This document shows positions 1 to 10,198 of a stretch of 64,000 nucleotides of DNA, piece by piece. Both the position numbers and the translations under genes were made by a program. Each line of letters starts with the position of its first letter. The first letter of the stretch is position 1. The notes beneath the pieces are model-generated. The model worked only from the letters and a program-made list of their open reading frames with translations. It had not been told where the DNA came from and searched no databases. Origin of the DNA: Porphyridium purpureum (Eukaryota); contig VRMN01000003.1 in assembly GCA_008690995.1 (NCBI GenBank), forward strand, positions 682,001 to 746,000, given 5' to 3'.

Positions 1-52
1 GTCATTTTAAAAAACGGGTTTAATATAAAAAAACGGGAGAGACGCAGGCAAC

Positions 53-1024
53 TTAGACGTAAGCCTTGACGGCGTCACGTTCCTTGAGGAGAATGTCTTG
101 AGCCTTCTCCATCATGCTCGCAGAATAAGCCGTCACAGGAATGCCGTACACGCGTTCCGGGGCCCATCCACTGTTCACAGTCGGCTGCGAAAAGAAAATA
201 CCGGTTTCGATCCCGTATGCACCATGATCCGAATAAACTCCGAGCGACAACCATTGCGAGGCGCCAGTGCCCTGTACGAACGAAGACAACGTCGTGGCGG
301 TTGCGTCTGCCATGACGTCCGCCTTGCTCTTCAACAGTGTCGGTGCGACTTTTTCAACCTTGCTTGCAACATCCTCTACCCATGTTTTCGACTTCAGCGT
401 GGAGCCCGCCCACTTGCCTTTCACACGTGCATGAGAAATATCCGCGAAAGCTGCCGCGCCAGTACCGCCCCAAATAATGACACGGTCTACATCCGCGGTG
501 GTGGCCTTGGCGGCTGATGCAAGTTCCGATGCTGCCATCATTTGTTCGCCCATCGAAACGGCATAGAATCTGCTCGAGTGCATGTCCGGAGCGCTCCTCG
601 AGAGAACCAGGGCCATTGTGTTCGCATTCGGTCCCACGGTGAAAACATTGGTGTTATTTACCAGGTCGTGCGTGCGCGCGAGGGCCTTGCCCAAAGCAGC
701 AAAGGTCTTTGCTTCGGCGCCCAGCTCTGGCGTGCCCTGAACCGCGACTACAAAGTTTGCGCCCTCGACGGCATCTTCCACCGAGTCGACCACGCTAAAT
801 CCCTTCACGAGCGGGCCCGAGAGCTTCTTGCTCGGCTCCCCGAATACCTTGATCACGATATCTTGATCCTTACCAAGGACGGATCCGGAAGCCAGCTTGC
901 TTGTGAAGGAACTACCAAGCGCCGCGCACCCGACCAAAGTAACAGTAATCGGCGGCATACGAATCGGTGGGGGGGCTGCGGGAGCACCCGAGGCGAGTCC
1001 CCGCACAAAACTTCGGATCATCAT
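53..1024 (-). CDS. Malate dehydrogenase-like protein (cytosolic MDH1-type fold), catalytic residues lost, probable mitochondrial presequence
   Basis: Collinear with MDH1 motifs: ASGSVLGKDQDIVI (cf. GNGSVFGKDQPIIL), VGPNANTMALV (cf. VGNPANTNCL), VIIWGG (cf. VIIWGNH), YGIETGIFFSQP. N-terminus MIRSFVRGLAS is Arg/Ser-rich with no acidic residues. Confidence 0.8.
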   Translation of the reverse strand: MMIRSFVRGLASGAPAAPPPIRMPPITVTLVGCAALGSSFTSKLASGSVLGKDQDIVIKVFGEPSKKLSGPLVKGFSVVDSVEDAVEGANFVVAVQGTPELGAEAKTFAALGKALARTHDLVNNTNVFTVGPNANTMALVLSRSAPDMHSSRFYAVSMGEQMMAASELASAAKATTADVDRVIIWGGTGAAAFADISHARVKGKWAGSTLKSKTWVEDVASKVEKVAPTLLKSKADVMADATATTLSSFVQGTGASQWLSLGVYSDHGAYGIETGIFFSQPTVNSGWAPERVYGIPVTAYSASMMEKAQDILLKERDAVKAYV

Positions 1025-1321
1025 GGTGTGTCGGCGTAATGTGTAGCAGGATTCCGCTTTGAATCACCCTCCCGCAACCAAATCTCCCGAACGCTACTCG
1101 TCGTTTGACACAGCCGATTCGCCTGGTCCTTCCCACCCCGCAGGCCAGGTGTCGCAGACAAAAAAGAGGCCGCTGCGCGGAATGGTCCAACGTAGAAGAA
1201 ACCACCATTTATTGTTCAGGTGTACAACAGTACTGTACCTCGGAGAACGTCGCCAGCCACAAAGTGCAAGCTGTCAACAGTGGGAGAGCGTCATGGCCCC
1301 GACGACCCCGCCGGCCCTGGC

Positions 1322-4261
1322 CTACAGCGTCACGACCGGGCGCCCATGCGCCAGCTCACTTGCAGTAGTATGATCCGGTGCGTGCGGCGCACCGGATATT
1401 TCGGCTGTACCGCCATCCTGTTGCGCGCACAAGTCAAACTCCCCGAGAGCAGTGTCACAGCTCTGAGAAACCTCCTCTGTGGGAGGCTTACTGTTCAAAT
1501 ATGTACGAAGATCGTCCACGCTTTGACTCCGAATGTACTTGTCTGCGATTTTCCGATCAATTTTCGCGATGCGGGTCTGTGCATACCAGTCCATCCACTT
1601 TTTCTTGAAACCAGCCAGTCGCAGGAGAAAAAGAAGCAAGGATATGCTGATGAATCCCGCTGTCACCAGAAAGAGCCCGCTCAACTGATTAAATTCCATT
1701 CTGTCACTTGAATCATCCAGACTGCATATCGAGACGCTCGACCCCAAAATTCGGTTCCTTGAAGCCTCCACCACATTCTCACTCCGAGCAACTAGAATAG
1801 CAGAGTCCAGGTCCCTCCGAAATGGCGCATCTTTCCGAAGCGCAATGCCGTAGTTTTGAAGTGCAAATAGAGACCCTCGAGCTGCCAGCTCCGTGCACTC
1901 AGATGTAATGTAAAGGTCTGCAATCGGCGAGTCCATTATTGTTGCTCGGACCGTCCCATCCAAAACAAGGTCGAAGCACTCCTGAATCGAGAAGCACGGC
2001 GTGTACAGTCTTTGTTCGGGTAGACAAACATCGTCGCAGTCTAGAATATTTTGATCGACATACAGACTGATTGATGAGTCCACCAGAACCGCTGCTTCTG
2101 CTATGGTCACGCCTCGCGAGCGCTGCAGGTCTTGAATCCCATTGAATGTTGAAATTTGCTTCTGCAGAGTCAGAAAAGAAGTAAGCCTTGCCGTGTATGC
2201 TGCAGCAACGATAAATGTGAAGATGAGCCACGCAATGGATAAAACAAATCCCTCTCCTGTGACTGGTTTGTGGGCGAGCTGCGCCATGAGCAATGCAATC
2301 GATGTGTACAACGCCTTCCCAAAGCTCTGGGAACGATAATACGCAGCAAAGTCTCTATTCCTACCGCTTTCGAAAAGAGTGAAGAGCAGCGCTGCAAGTA
2401 TTGTAAAGGCACCAATCAAAAGCCACAAGCTCCACGAAAACGGACTGAGAAAATTCAGCGCGTCTATGGCCGGCGGAGGCGGAATCGTTCGGGTTACTAC
2501 GATAAGGCCAAGGTCAAAGTACGATGTGGTGAAATCCACCTTGTTCAGCCTTGAACTGTACATGGTCACCCAGTCAATGACGAAGTCCACCGTGCCATTT
2601 TCTAGGAAGGGAACTAGGTCATCAAACGGAGTCACTGGAGCTACTGATAGCTCGTAAGTGAAACCCGCGTGTTCAGATAGCCACTCCATCAAGTCAATCG
2701 CTATGCCCTTTTCCACTCGCGATCCAGAATCATCAAGGAACACGAAAGGAGGAGCATTTCGTACAAATCCTTTCAGATGAGATCCTCGCAAGCTTGTCCG
2801 GTCCCCAGGCACTTCATCGGCGTTTCCTGGATAAGCTTGACTCGTACCCTGCACTTGCTTAAATGTTTCCGGTTCTTCCGTGTTCCAAGTTTGTATCCCG
2901 ACCAACTCCGGAATGGAATCGTCCGAACCAGCTTGCAAATTGAACACCTTGTACTGCGAATGATCCAGCGAGCGAGAGCGCTGCCATCTAAGAACACCGG
3001 AAGCCGAAACATTTTCAACTGTATCAAACAAGACGCGGCCTGAGAAACCGGCAAAGTCAACGCCCGCCAATGCGACTTGGACTGCGTCGCCCGGAGCCCA
3101 ACGAGCATTTGAAAAGCATCCGTCAGCAGCGTAGCCGAATACATCGACACCAGAATCAGAAACATTTGCGAATGCATGAGCCAAGGACAAGATCGCGTCT
3201 ACAAATTTGCGCGCACGGTGAGCCCAAAGCGGGTTGACAGCCGCCACGTTTGCCGGGATATCATCTTCTTGTGCTTCGGAATTTGAAACCTCAAATACGC
3301 CCAAGGATCCTGCGAGAACTGTAGCGAGACGATCGTCAGACGAAAACGTTGAACTTGCGAGTGCTTCAAGGGCTGAACTCCCAAAATAAAGCTGGTACTC
3401 GAAAGAAAATAGGCTCGAGTCAAGCATGTAATGGAGAAGAATGTCCAGAACATTTTGGCTCGACACAAACACAACGAGCAGACGGCAATCATTTTTCTGG
3501 ATGCTCTCAAACGCATCACCTATTCGGCTTGGCTCATCTGAGATGGCATGAGACGTTACAATTTGCAGAGTTGAGCCATTTCTGCGAGTGCTCTGAGCAG
3601 CTCGAGAAAAGGCGAGCATCATGTTATCCCCGTCACTGATTTTCTCGTGCAGCACGGCGACACGCACCGAAGGCTGAGCAATCAAGCCAAGCTTTCGCGC
3701 TCGATCCTGACCGTTGAAAAGAATTAGCTGCGCTAACACCGCGGCTTGGGCATCTTCGGATGCGAATATTCTCCACGTGTTCGAAGATCTTGATACCGAC
3801 GATGCACCAGAGGACGACGTCGATATCACAGGAACGGGAAAGATGGCATACGACGCTTGCAAAAGGCGGGCTACATGGGCGTCCGATGGACCGACAATTC
3901 CGATCAAACCCTTTTCACGGGAGGTCAGAATTCCTCTGCACACTTTCTCGAATGCGCTTCTTTCATCAACTACAAGTGCGATGGTCTCAACAGAAAACCC
4001 GGCGTTTCGCTTCTCCAGGACTTGATTCGCTTGAGCCACCGCAAACTGGACCAATCCTTCCCCTTCCCGTGCTTCTTGCTCTGAAAATAGTATCAGCACG
4101 TTGTAAGTCGGCTGTTCAGAGCTGCTCTGACGTCGAGCCGCACCGTCCGTCGACGCTATGCAAGCCGGTATGAGCTGCGCGACGATGGCAAATAACACGA
4201 CGAGCCAAGCAGAGGGGAGCCGCCAGCGCCGGTGCGGCGCAAAACGAACGTCCATCATCAC
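1322..4261 (-). CDS. Ionotropic glutamate receptor / GLR-like ligand-gated channel
   Basis: Hydrophobic signal segment, periplasmic-binding-type N-terminal domain (GIVGP), S1 (PPFVF..GIAIDL, RLNKVDFTTSY), M1 (FLSPFSWSLWLLI), pore loop, M3 AAYTARLTSFLT (SYTANLA-like), S2 (YGIALRKDAP), M4 (LSGLFLV). Confidence 0.92.
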   Translation of the reverse strand: MMMDVRFAPHRRWRLPSAWLVVLFAIVAQLIPACIASTDGAARRQSSSEQPTYNVLILFSEQEAREGEGLVQFAVAQANQVLEKRNAGFSVETIALVVDERSAFEKVCRGILTSREKGLIGIVGPSDAHVARLLQASYAIFPVPVISTSSSGASSVSRSSNTWRIFASEDAQAAVLAQLILFNGQDRARKLGLIAQPSVRVAVLHEKISDGDNMMLAFSRAAQSTRRNGSTLQIVTSHAISDEPSRIGDAFESIQKNDCRLLVVFVSSQNVLDILLHYMLDSSLFSFEYQLYFGSSALEALASSTFSSDDRLATVLAGSLGVFEVSNSEAQEDDIPANVAAVNPLWAHRARKFVDAILSLAHAFANVSDSGVDVFGYAADGCFSNARWAPGDAVQVALAGVDFAGFSGRVLFDTVENVSASGVLRWQRSRSLDHSQYKVFNLQAGSDDSIPELVGIQTWNTEEPETFKQVQGTSQAYPGNADEVPGDRTSLRGSHLKGFVRNAPPFVFLDDSGSRVEKGIAIDLMEWLSEHAGFTYELSVAPVTPFDDLVPFLENGTVDFVIDWVTMYSSRLNKVDFTTSYFDLGLIVVTRTIPPPPAIDALNFLSPFSWSLWLLIGAFTILAALLFTLFESGRNRDFAAYYRSQSFGKALYTSIALLMAQLAHKPVTGEGFVLSIAWLIFTFIVAAAYTARLTSFLTLQKQISTFNGIQDLQRSRGVTIAEAAVLVDSSISLYVDQNILDCDDVCLPEQRLYTPCFSIQECFDLVLDGTVRATIMDSPIADLYITSECTELAARGSLFALQNYGIALRKDAPFRRDLDSAILVARSENVVEASRNRILGSSVSICSLDDSSDRMEFNQLSGLFLVTAGFISISLLLFLLRLAGFKKKWMDWYAQTRIAKIDRKIADKYIRSQSVDDLRTYLNSKPPTEEVSQSCDTALGEFDLCAQQDGGTAEISGAPHAPDHTTASELAHGRPVVTL

Positions 4262-4767
4262 CGCAGCCGGCTTGCAATCTTATCCCCCCCGTGCCGTTTG
4301 CTTCGTGAATGCAGCGCCGAGCGTTGAACAAGCGGTGCTAGAGAATCTTGCGTCCACGCCTTCCACAAGTGTAAGTTCGGTACCCCACGAGAACGCGTGG
4401 TGAGTTTTGATTATTTTGTGATTTCTCGCAATTCTCACAACCACACTGAACGAACCTCGTTGCTCATCGTGAACGCGACGAGCGCGCTGTACTCCGGTAT
4501 TCGTGTTTCGCCAAGGGACGCGATAGTCCCTGCCGAACGGACAAAGTCGGCCCTAACCTCCTGCAACCATGAGAAAGAAGCCAGCCAAGGCACTTTTACT
4601 CGAATGAACATCTCTCCGTTGGCCACGCCCTGAAACACAGTCACCACATTGTTGGGCTCTGTGAAAGTGCAAGTGAGTTCTCTGGTCCCACGCTCAGGAA
4701 ACAACGACAGTCAGAACGAAGAATATCGACGCGCTCTGGAAAGCAAGAACAAGTCGAGGGAAGGGAA

Positions 4768-4830
4768 CAAAAAAAGAAGAAGCAGAAGAAAAAAATAAAA
4801 AAAATTATTAAAAAAAAATTAAAAAAATTC
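4768..4830. repeat. A-rich low-complexity tract
   Basis: About 60 bp of nearly pure A/T/purine sequence (aaaaaaagaagaagcagaagaaaaaaataaaaaaaattattaaaaaaaaattaaaaaaatt) in a GC-rich background. Confidence 0.7.
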
Positions 4831-5086
4831 TCTGTTTCCCATGCTACCGTGCACAGGTTATTGTCTTTCATGAAGTACATGAGTTCCGCTCGACTCAAGT
4901 GTGAAAGGTGGCATGAACATTTTGAGTAAGACTTGAACTCCCGCACCATTCTCACGAGAAGATCAGTGAGCGCGTGTGCACCGCTTCAAACAGGAATCGG
5001 CTCACATACTGGAGAGCTAGGTAGAGACGAGTGTGTCACCCCCTGAAGTGTAGTTCCTCGCGAAAGCCACGACCTCAGCGAGGTCT

Positions 5087-6898
5087 CTAGGTACGGGCCT
5101 CCTCCATTGCTCCAAAAATCGCCGATCGATACGCCTGCGCCATCACACTGAAGCTGAATTGTGACAGGACGCGTTTTCGTCCGGCCACACCCATGGTTTT
5201 GCGCAATTCCGGGTTGGCCAGAGCAACGATCTTTTCTTCCAACGCTGCGGCGTCTCCGGGAGGGATCAAGTATCCTTCCTGAGAATCGGTCAGTGCCTCA
5301 GGAATGCCATCAATCTTGGACGCAATCACTGGTCGCTCAAATGCCATGGCTTCACAGATAACAAGCGGGAGCACCTCGTTCAGCGAGGGGCACAGCACAA
5401 TGTCTGCGGCCAAATAGTATGGCAACACGTTCTTCTTCACGTCCAAGATCGTCGTATGCGCGTCCGCACCAGTCGCAGCAAGCTGGGCCTTGATTGCGTC
5501 GATGTACTCAATTTCATGCTGTCGAATGTACCGAGCGCCCACCATGAGCAGTTTTGGCTGCATGCCCTTCACAGAATCTTTCTTGATCAAATTGGCAAAC
5601 GCCTCCGCTGTCACTATCTGACCTTTGCGTTTGCACACGGTGCCAAGTTGCACGATGACATAGTCATTTTCGCCATATCCTAATTCCTTGCGAACCTGCT
5701 TGCGACTTGATACCGAGCGGTACGCGTTCAAAGCACCGAGTGGAATTCCGTTGTAGATCACACGCACTGCAGACTCCTGATACAAGCCGTCGTAACAGTG
5801 TTGTTGTATAACTGCTGGAAAGACAATGCGCGTCGCTTCCGCGAATGACTGGCGAATTTTGTCGGCGTCGAGGTGGGACATAAGAAAGACCTCCTTTGCG
5901 TAATACTCGAACTGGTCCTGAGGCCATGCCTCGTGAATTACCCATAACGTTGGGATGCCAAGTTCCTTGCCCGCGATTATGACCTCCGTGGTCATGATGG
6001 TGTTCGCGATTGCAAAGTCAAAGCCATCCAAGAGCGCGCGAATATCCTGTGGATACGTTTCTGCCTTCATATCTGCAAGCTGGACTGGAACGCCCATGCT
6101 TTCGTAGTCGTCGCGCATAGGGCCGTCTTTCGGTGCTACTACGGTGAACGCTAGCTCCTCGCGCAGTTCACGAACAAGGTAAAGCAGAAAATTGTTTGCT
6201 CCATTTCTCTCCAGAGAATGACCAAACGCAGCACATCGCTTTCGGGGCTTCAGGTCTTCCTTGACGAGCAATTCCTTCGCACCCTCAAGGTCTGCAGGTA
6301 GAACTGCGACACCTTCATCAAGCGTAATTTCAGGAGCGGAGAGCAAATCGAGCTGAATCCAAGACAGGAGGTCATTGAACGCTTCATCTGGCATGGAATA
6401 CTTCTCTTTGATTTCCATCAAGCTCCTCGTTCGCTCGGCCATGTTCCGCTCATCCAATCTCTTCTTCTCCGTCTCAAATTTCTTTGTGTCTTCAACGCCA
6501 AACATATCACCAACCATTCTCGAGGTACTTTCTTGAGCCTGCTTGAGAGACTTGTCCAGATCCATGTCGAATTTTTCGAATTCGGACAGCTGGGTCTCAT
6601 CGATGTCATCCGGCAACGCGCCGCCGCGCACGCGCTCCTTGAACCACATGCGCCAGGAGGCGTTCTCCAGGCGCCGGCCATTGTCCAGGACATCTTTGAC
6701 TTTGGTGAACACGCGCCAAGTGCGACGGAGCTCGTCCTCAGACTTCACTTCCTGAAAGTACGGCTGGAAGTCAAACTCCTCGTAGGGGTCCACGCCGGCG
6801 GGCAAGTCCAGGTCCCGCGACATCAACTCACTGACACCCGCCATGCTGGGCCACTGCGTGTCCTCGTCTCCCGCGCCACCCACGCGTCCCCACTGCAC
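5087..6898 (-). CDS. GT-B (GT4-like) glycosyltransferase with N-terminal DUF1752-like motif; likely ATG at 6844
   Basis: GT4 motifs VIYNGI, KRKGQ, PSLNEVLPLVICEAMAFERPVIASKIDGIPE. N-terminal NGRRLENASWRMW matches the RLENxSWR signature of DUF1752. Confidence 0.85.
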   Translation of the reverse strand: MQWGRVGGAGDEDTQWPSMAGVSELMSRDLDLPAGVDPYEEFDFQPYFQEVKSEDELRRTWRVFTKVKDVLDNGRRLENASWRMWFKERVRGGALPDDIDETQLSEFEKFDMDLDKSLKQAQESTSRMVGDMFGVEDTKKFETEKKRLDERNMAERTRSLMEIKEKYSMPDEAFNDLLSWIQLDLLSAPEITLDEGVAVLPADLEGAKELLVKEDLKPRKRCAAFGHSLERNGANNFLLYLVRELREELAFTVVAPKDGPMRDDYESMGVPVQLADMKAETYPQDIRALLDGFDFAIANTIMTTEVIIAGKELGIPTLWVIHEAWPQDQFEYYAKEVFLMSHLDADKIRQSFAEATRIVFPAVIQQHCYDGLYQESAVRVIYNGIPLGALNAYRSVSSRKQVRKELGYGENDYVIVQLGTVCKRKGQIVTAEAFANLIKKDSVKGMQPKLLMVGARYIRQHEIEYIDAIKAQLAATGADAHTTILDVKKNVLPYYLAADIVLCPSLNEVLPLVICEAMAFERPVIASKIDGIPEALTDSQEGYLIPPGDAAALEEKIVALANPELRKTMGVAGRKRVLSQFSFSVMAQAYRSAIFGAMEEART

Positions 6899-7298
6899 GC
6901 CTACACAGTGCCGCCTGTCGCCCGTCGCCCTTCTGCCTGCGATTCTACGGAAACTGCCCGACGCGCGCTCGGACTTTTATGTGTTGGTACGACACTGCCC
7001 CGTTGCGCAACGAGCGGTTTGCCGGCTTCCAGCTGGTCGCGGGGCGGCTCGTAAATCACAGCAAGTGGATTGTTTCTGGGCTGCAGGTCGCACTGCAGTG
7101 GCAACGAGATCCGGTGGGGCCCGAGGCGAGACGCGCTGGAAGCGGTACTGCTTGCTGCGCGGCGGCGCTGTACCGTGCGGGAGAGTGCGCGCTAGGGTTT
7201 ATGACGTCTCCTCCATCCCGCTGACCTCCGCAGGCGAGGTCGGGCCGGCAGCTTCAAGGCGCGCACACGCGCGCTTCTCTTCGCGGGCTGCGGGTGGG

Positions 7299-7685
7299 AT
7301 GGAGCGCATCGCGGAACTGGAAGTGCAGATCGCAAAGCTCGCACCGCTGGTCGGAATCGACTCGCGGCTCGCTCCGGACGGCGAGGGCAACACCGGCTTT
7401 GATGGCGTCACCTGCGACCTGGAGTTGTATCCCTTCACGAAGAGCATCATTCAGACTTTGAAGGAGCTGGACCTCTTTCTGCAGTCCTTGGTTGACCAGT
7501 CCACGGTTGATGTCGGTGTCTCAATGTACGAGCCGGCTTTCCCGGAGCAGGAGGTCGCGAGGCTTGAGAAAAGCGTTCAACGAAAAACCCTTCTACTCCG
7601 GCAGATTGTGACAACCCTCTACGAAAGCCGCGAAAAATTGGACGCAATTAAGACTCGTCACATGCAAGAACTTTACAAGGTTTGA
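7299..7685 (+). CDS. Small coiled-coil hypothetical protein (128 aa)
   Basis: ATG at 7299 inside the 6843..7685 ORF. The downstream part (MERIAELEVQIAKL...) has normal composition and a heptad-like pattern; the upstream part looks non-coding. Confidence 0.6.
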   Translation: MERIAELEVQIAKLAPLVGIDSRLAPDGEGNTGFDGVTCDLELYPFTKSIIQTLKELDLFLQSLVDQSTVDVGVSMYEPAFPEQEVARLEKSVQRKTLLLRQIVTTLYESREKLDAIKTRHMQELYKV

Positions 7686-9769
7686 GGCAGCGAGTTAGGT
7701 CGGCTGTGCGCGGTGTCCTTCAGGTCACAGTCTTGGTTTCGAGCGTCGGGTCGGGCCGGGCCACACCATCCTAAATGTAACTTGATTGCCACAGCTGGAT
7801 CAGACATTTGCAAGCTCTCAATGACAGTGATCGAGGCGAGCAGGTCTCTGCCTTTCAGTGTTTCAAGCCGAATAGACGTCTCAAACGCGAGCACATACTG
7901 CGAGCAAATGTACGCACGCAGAACCATTGGCGTCCGAACGCCGCGGCCATCCAGGTATTGCGAAGCCACAAGAATAACAGCGTCTGTTCCTTTTGCGTCG
8001 ATGTCTTCAATTGTGAAATCCAAAATCCCGTACCCAAACATGCTGGATTCTGTCGCCCGGATCCAGCACGAGGATAATCTCTCTGAAACATATTTAGGAG
8101 AAAGCTCCTCATCGGTTCCCATGGGTCGAGCTACGGCTTGGATTTCGATCATGGCGTTTGCTGGCAGTGCCGAAACGATAATCATGTCCTGGAGTATCTT
8201 GCTTTCGCTGGTAGATTCCACAATTTGCCTAATATCCCCAATCCGTCCCGCGACGAACTCGTCAATGAAAATTGTCAAGACTAGCACGTGACTGAAGTCG
8301 CTTTTGAGCGCATCTAGAGTACGCTGTATATGCTGCAAGCAGATTTGGCATTGCCTTGCTGCGCTCAAAGTCGCCGGTACCTGAGCAGTGTATGGTTCCA
8401 GTGCAATCATACCACACAGGAAAATCGAACCACACAGCTCGGACGCCTGGCTGTATGGTCCAATGCACGGCGGAGCCCATTCCGAGAGAGACTTGACGTG
8501 CATCACACTCTTTCGGATGCACTTTCCAAATAGAATCTCGAGTTCGACAAACGTGCTTTCCGGCATTGGGATTTGAATGCAAGTTCTCGTGGGGGCGTGG
8601 TCACATGCAGCGAACACATCTTTGTAGGCGGCATTTATCGCTCCAAAGTTAGTCATATCTTTCAGGTAGAGTTGGCAGTAGAACACATCGCGCAACAGAT
8701 TGCAACCGACTTCTTTCATCACGCTCTCAAGAGTTTCCACAATTTGCTTCAGCTGGGCTGCCGCCATCCGAGAAATATCAAGGTCACCTGCAACCGACAC
8801 TTCTTTCCCAACGCAGTAAGCGCGACCCCAGCCCGATGTTTCATCAAACGAGATAGACACTGGTGCCCGGGCTGGCCGACTCGCAATCGAACTGCGCCGC
8901 TTTTCCATTGTTCCTCTGGTCCCTCTCGTAGGCGAGCGCTCGTGTTGTAGATCACTCTCAGGAGCAAATATACGGGGCGGTACGAAAGCCGGTATGCTGC
9001 AAGCGCCGTGCGTCTTGACCTCCAAATGATAGGTTTCGACGACGCAAACTGCAACCGGGGCGAACCGATCCTCGCTGAGAATCGTCACGCGCATCGAGTC
9101 GGGCACAATCTTTTCCTTGAAAAGTGGCATGTCAAGCACAAGGGTCTCATATTCTCCGCCTTCCCCGCATACATGTACTCCGTATTTTTCCTCTAAATCA
9201 TGCAGAAGAGGCTGAACAAGCGCCAGATCCTGTCCCAAAACTTCAGGGCCCAAACCCATACAGGCAACTTTTACGATGATCGCATGAATTCCGTTCGAAA
9301 TCATCTCTTGCAAAAGCTCACGTTGCGAGCGACGCCACAGATACGCATAGGACCGCAAGTTCAGTCGATCGCAGATGCTCTCAACGCGGAGACGTTGGTA
9401 GTCCGATAAGATGGCCCCTGACAAGATTCCCTCGATGTCCGTATGGTGCTTCTGTACCACGCACCGCACCAGCTCAAACAAGACTTCGACTTCGTCGCCA
9501 GGCGTCGCGCGATAGGCAAGTTCCGTATTTTTGGCAATCGCCCCCTCCGTACCGTCGAAGCGAGCCACGTATAAGGGTATGCGCATGCAATCTGCGATCT
9601 GCTGCACAAGAGCACTTCCGGCAGACTGGAACATGAACGAGTCCTCTTCCAGCACTTCCGCACGCGGTGCGATGTGCGCGGCCGCTACCACATCATGACC
9701 ATGTTGGGTGGCCTTATAAATTGAATAGCATGAATCCTTGCCCCCGCTCAAAAGAGCAAGGACCTTCAT
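7673..9769 (-). CDS. DPH6: Diphthine--ammonia ligase with C-terminal RidA/YjgF-like domains
   Basis: MKVLALLSGGKDS PP-loop, DSFMFQS, SGAILSDYQRLRVE, CGEGGEYETLVLD, then HVKSLSEWAPPCIGPYSQA (YjgF-like). Confidence 0.95.
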   Translation of the reverse strand: MKVLALLSGGKDSCYSIYKATQHGHDVVAAAHIAPRAEVLEEDSFMFQSAGSALVQQIADCMRIPLYVARFDGTEGAIAKNTELAYRATPGDEVEVLFELVRCVVQKHHTDIEGILSGAILSDYQRLRVESICDRLNLRSYAYLWRRSQRELLQEMISNGIHAIIVKVACMGLGPEVLGQDLALVQPLLHDLEEKYGVHVCGEGGEYETLVLDMPLFKEKIVPDSMRVTILSEDRFAPVAVCVVETYHLEVKTHGACSIPAFVPPRIFAPESDLQHERSPTRGTRGTMEKRRSSIASRPARAPVSISFDETSGWGRAYCVGKEVSVAGDLDISRMAAAQLKQIVETLESVMKEVGCNLLRDVFYCQLYLKDMTNFGAINAAYKDVFAACDHAPTRTCIQIPMPESTFVELEILFGKCIRKSVMHVKSLSEWAPPCIGPYSQASELCGSIFLCGMIALEPYTAQVPATLSAARQCQICLQHIQRTLDALKSDFSHVLVLTIFIDEFVAGRIGDIRQIVESTSESKILQDMIIVSALPANAMIEIQAVARPMGTDEELSPKYVSERLSSCWIRATESSMFGYGILDFTIEDIDAKGTDAVILVASQYLDGRGVRTPMVLRAYICSQYVLAFETSIRLETLKGRDLLASITVIESLQMSDPAVAIKLHLGWCGPARPDARNQDCDLKDTAHSRPNSLPQTL

Positions 9770-10198
9770 CGCGTGCGTGCGGTACTCGTTCGGCGCCCAC
9801 AGAAATTAGGCAGAAATTCTGCTGTGAATGCTTCTCTCGGACAAGGCCGCCGGCACCCTCTGCGCACACGAAAGTAATTGATGGCCCAAGCGTGCGGAAG
9901 CCTTGGCTTTTGGCCGAGATGCTCCACACTTTCATCTACTGTGACGAGAACGCGCACTATCATGCCGAATTTTTATTACTTTTTTTATTTCTTTTGTCTT
10001 TTTCTCTCTCTTTTAGTATTCTCCACCATAACCTGTTCCAAGGAAATACGCGACAGAGTAGTTCCTTAAATGTCTAGATTTGCTTCTTGCAGGTCAGTGG
10101 CCTCTCATGACATGGAAACGCCCGTATCAACCTGACTGCGAATGACCGGGAATAAATCAAGAAAACCAGGCCTCGTCTACCCAGCACCCACAGCGCTT

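Noticed and set aside
4400..4830. A-rich tract read as the poly-A tail of a retroposon
   Set aside because: No target-site duplication, Pol III boxes or RT remnant could be identified.
6843..7298. N-terminal extension of the 280-aa ORF
   Set aside because: Arg/Ala/Cys-rich translation of the bidirectional promoter; a better ATG is at 7299.
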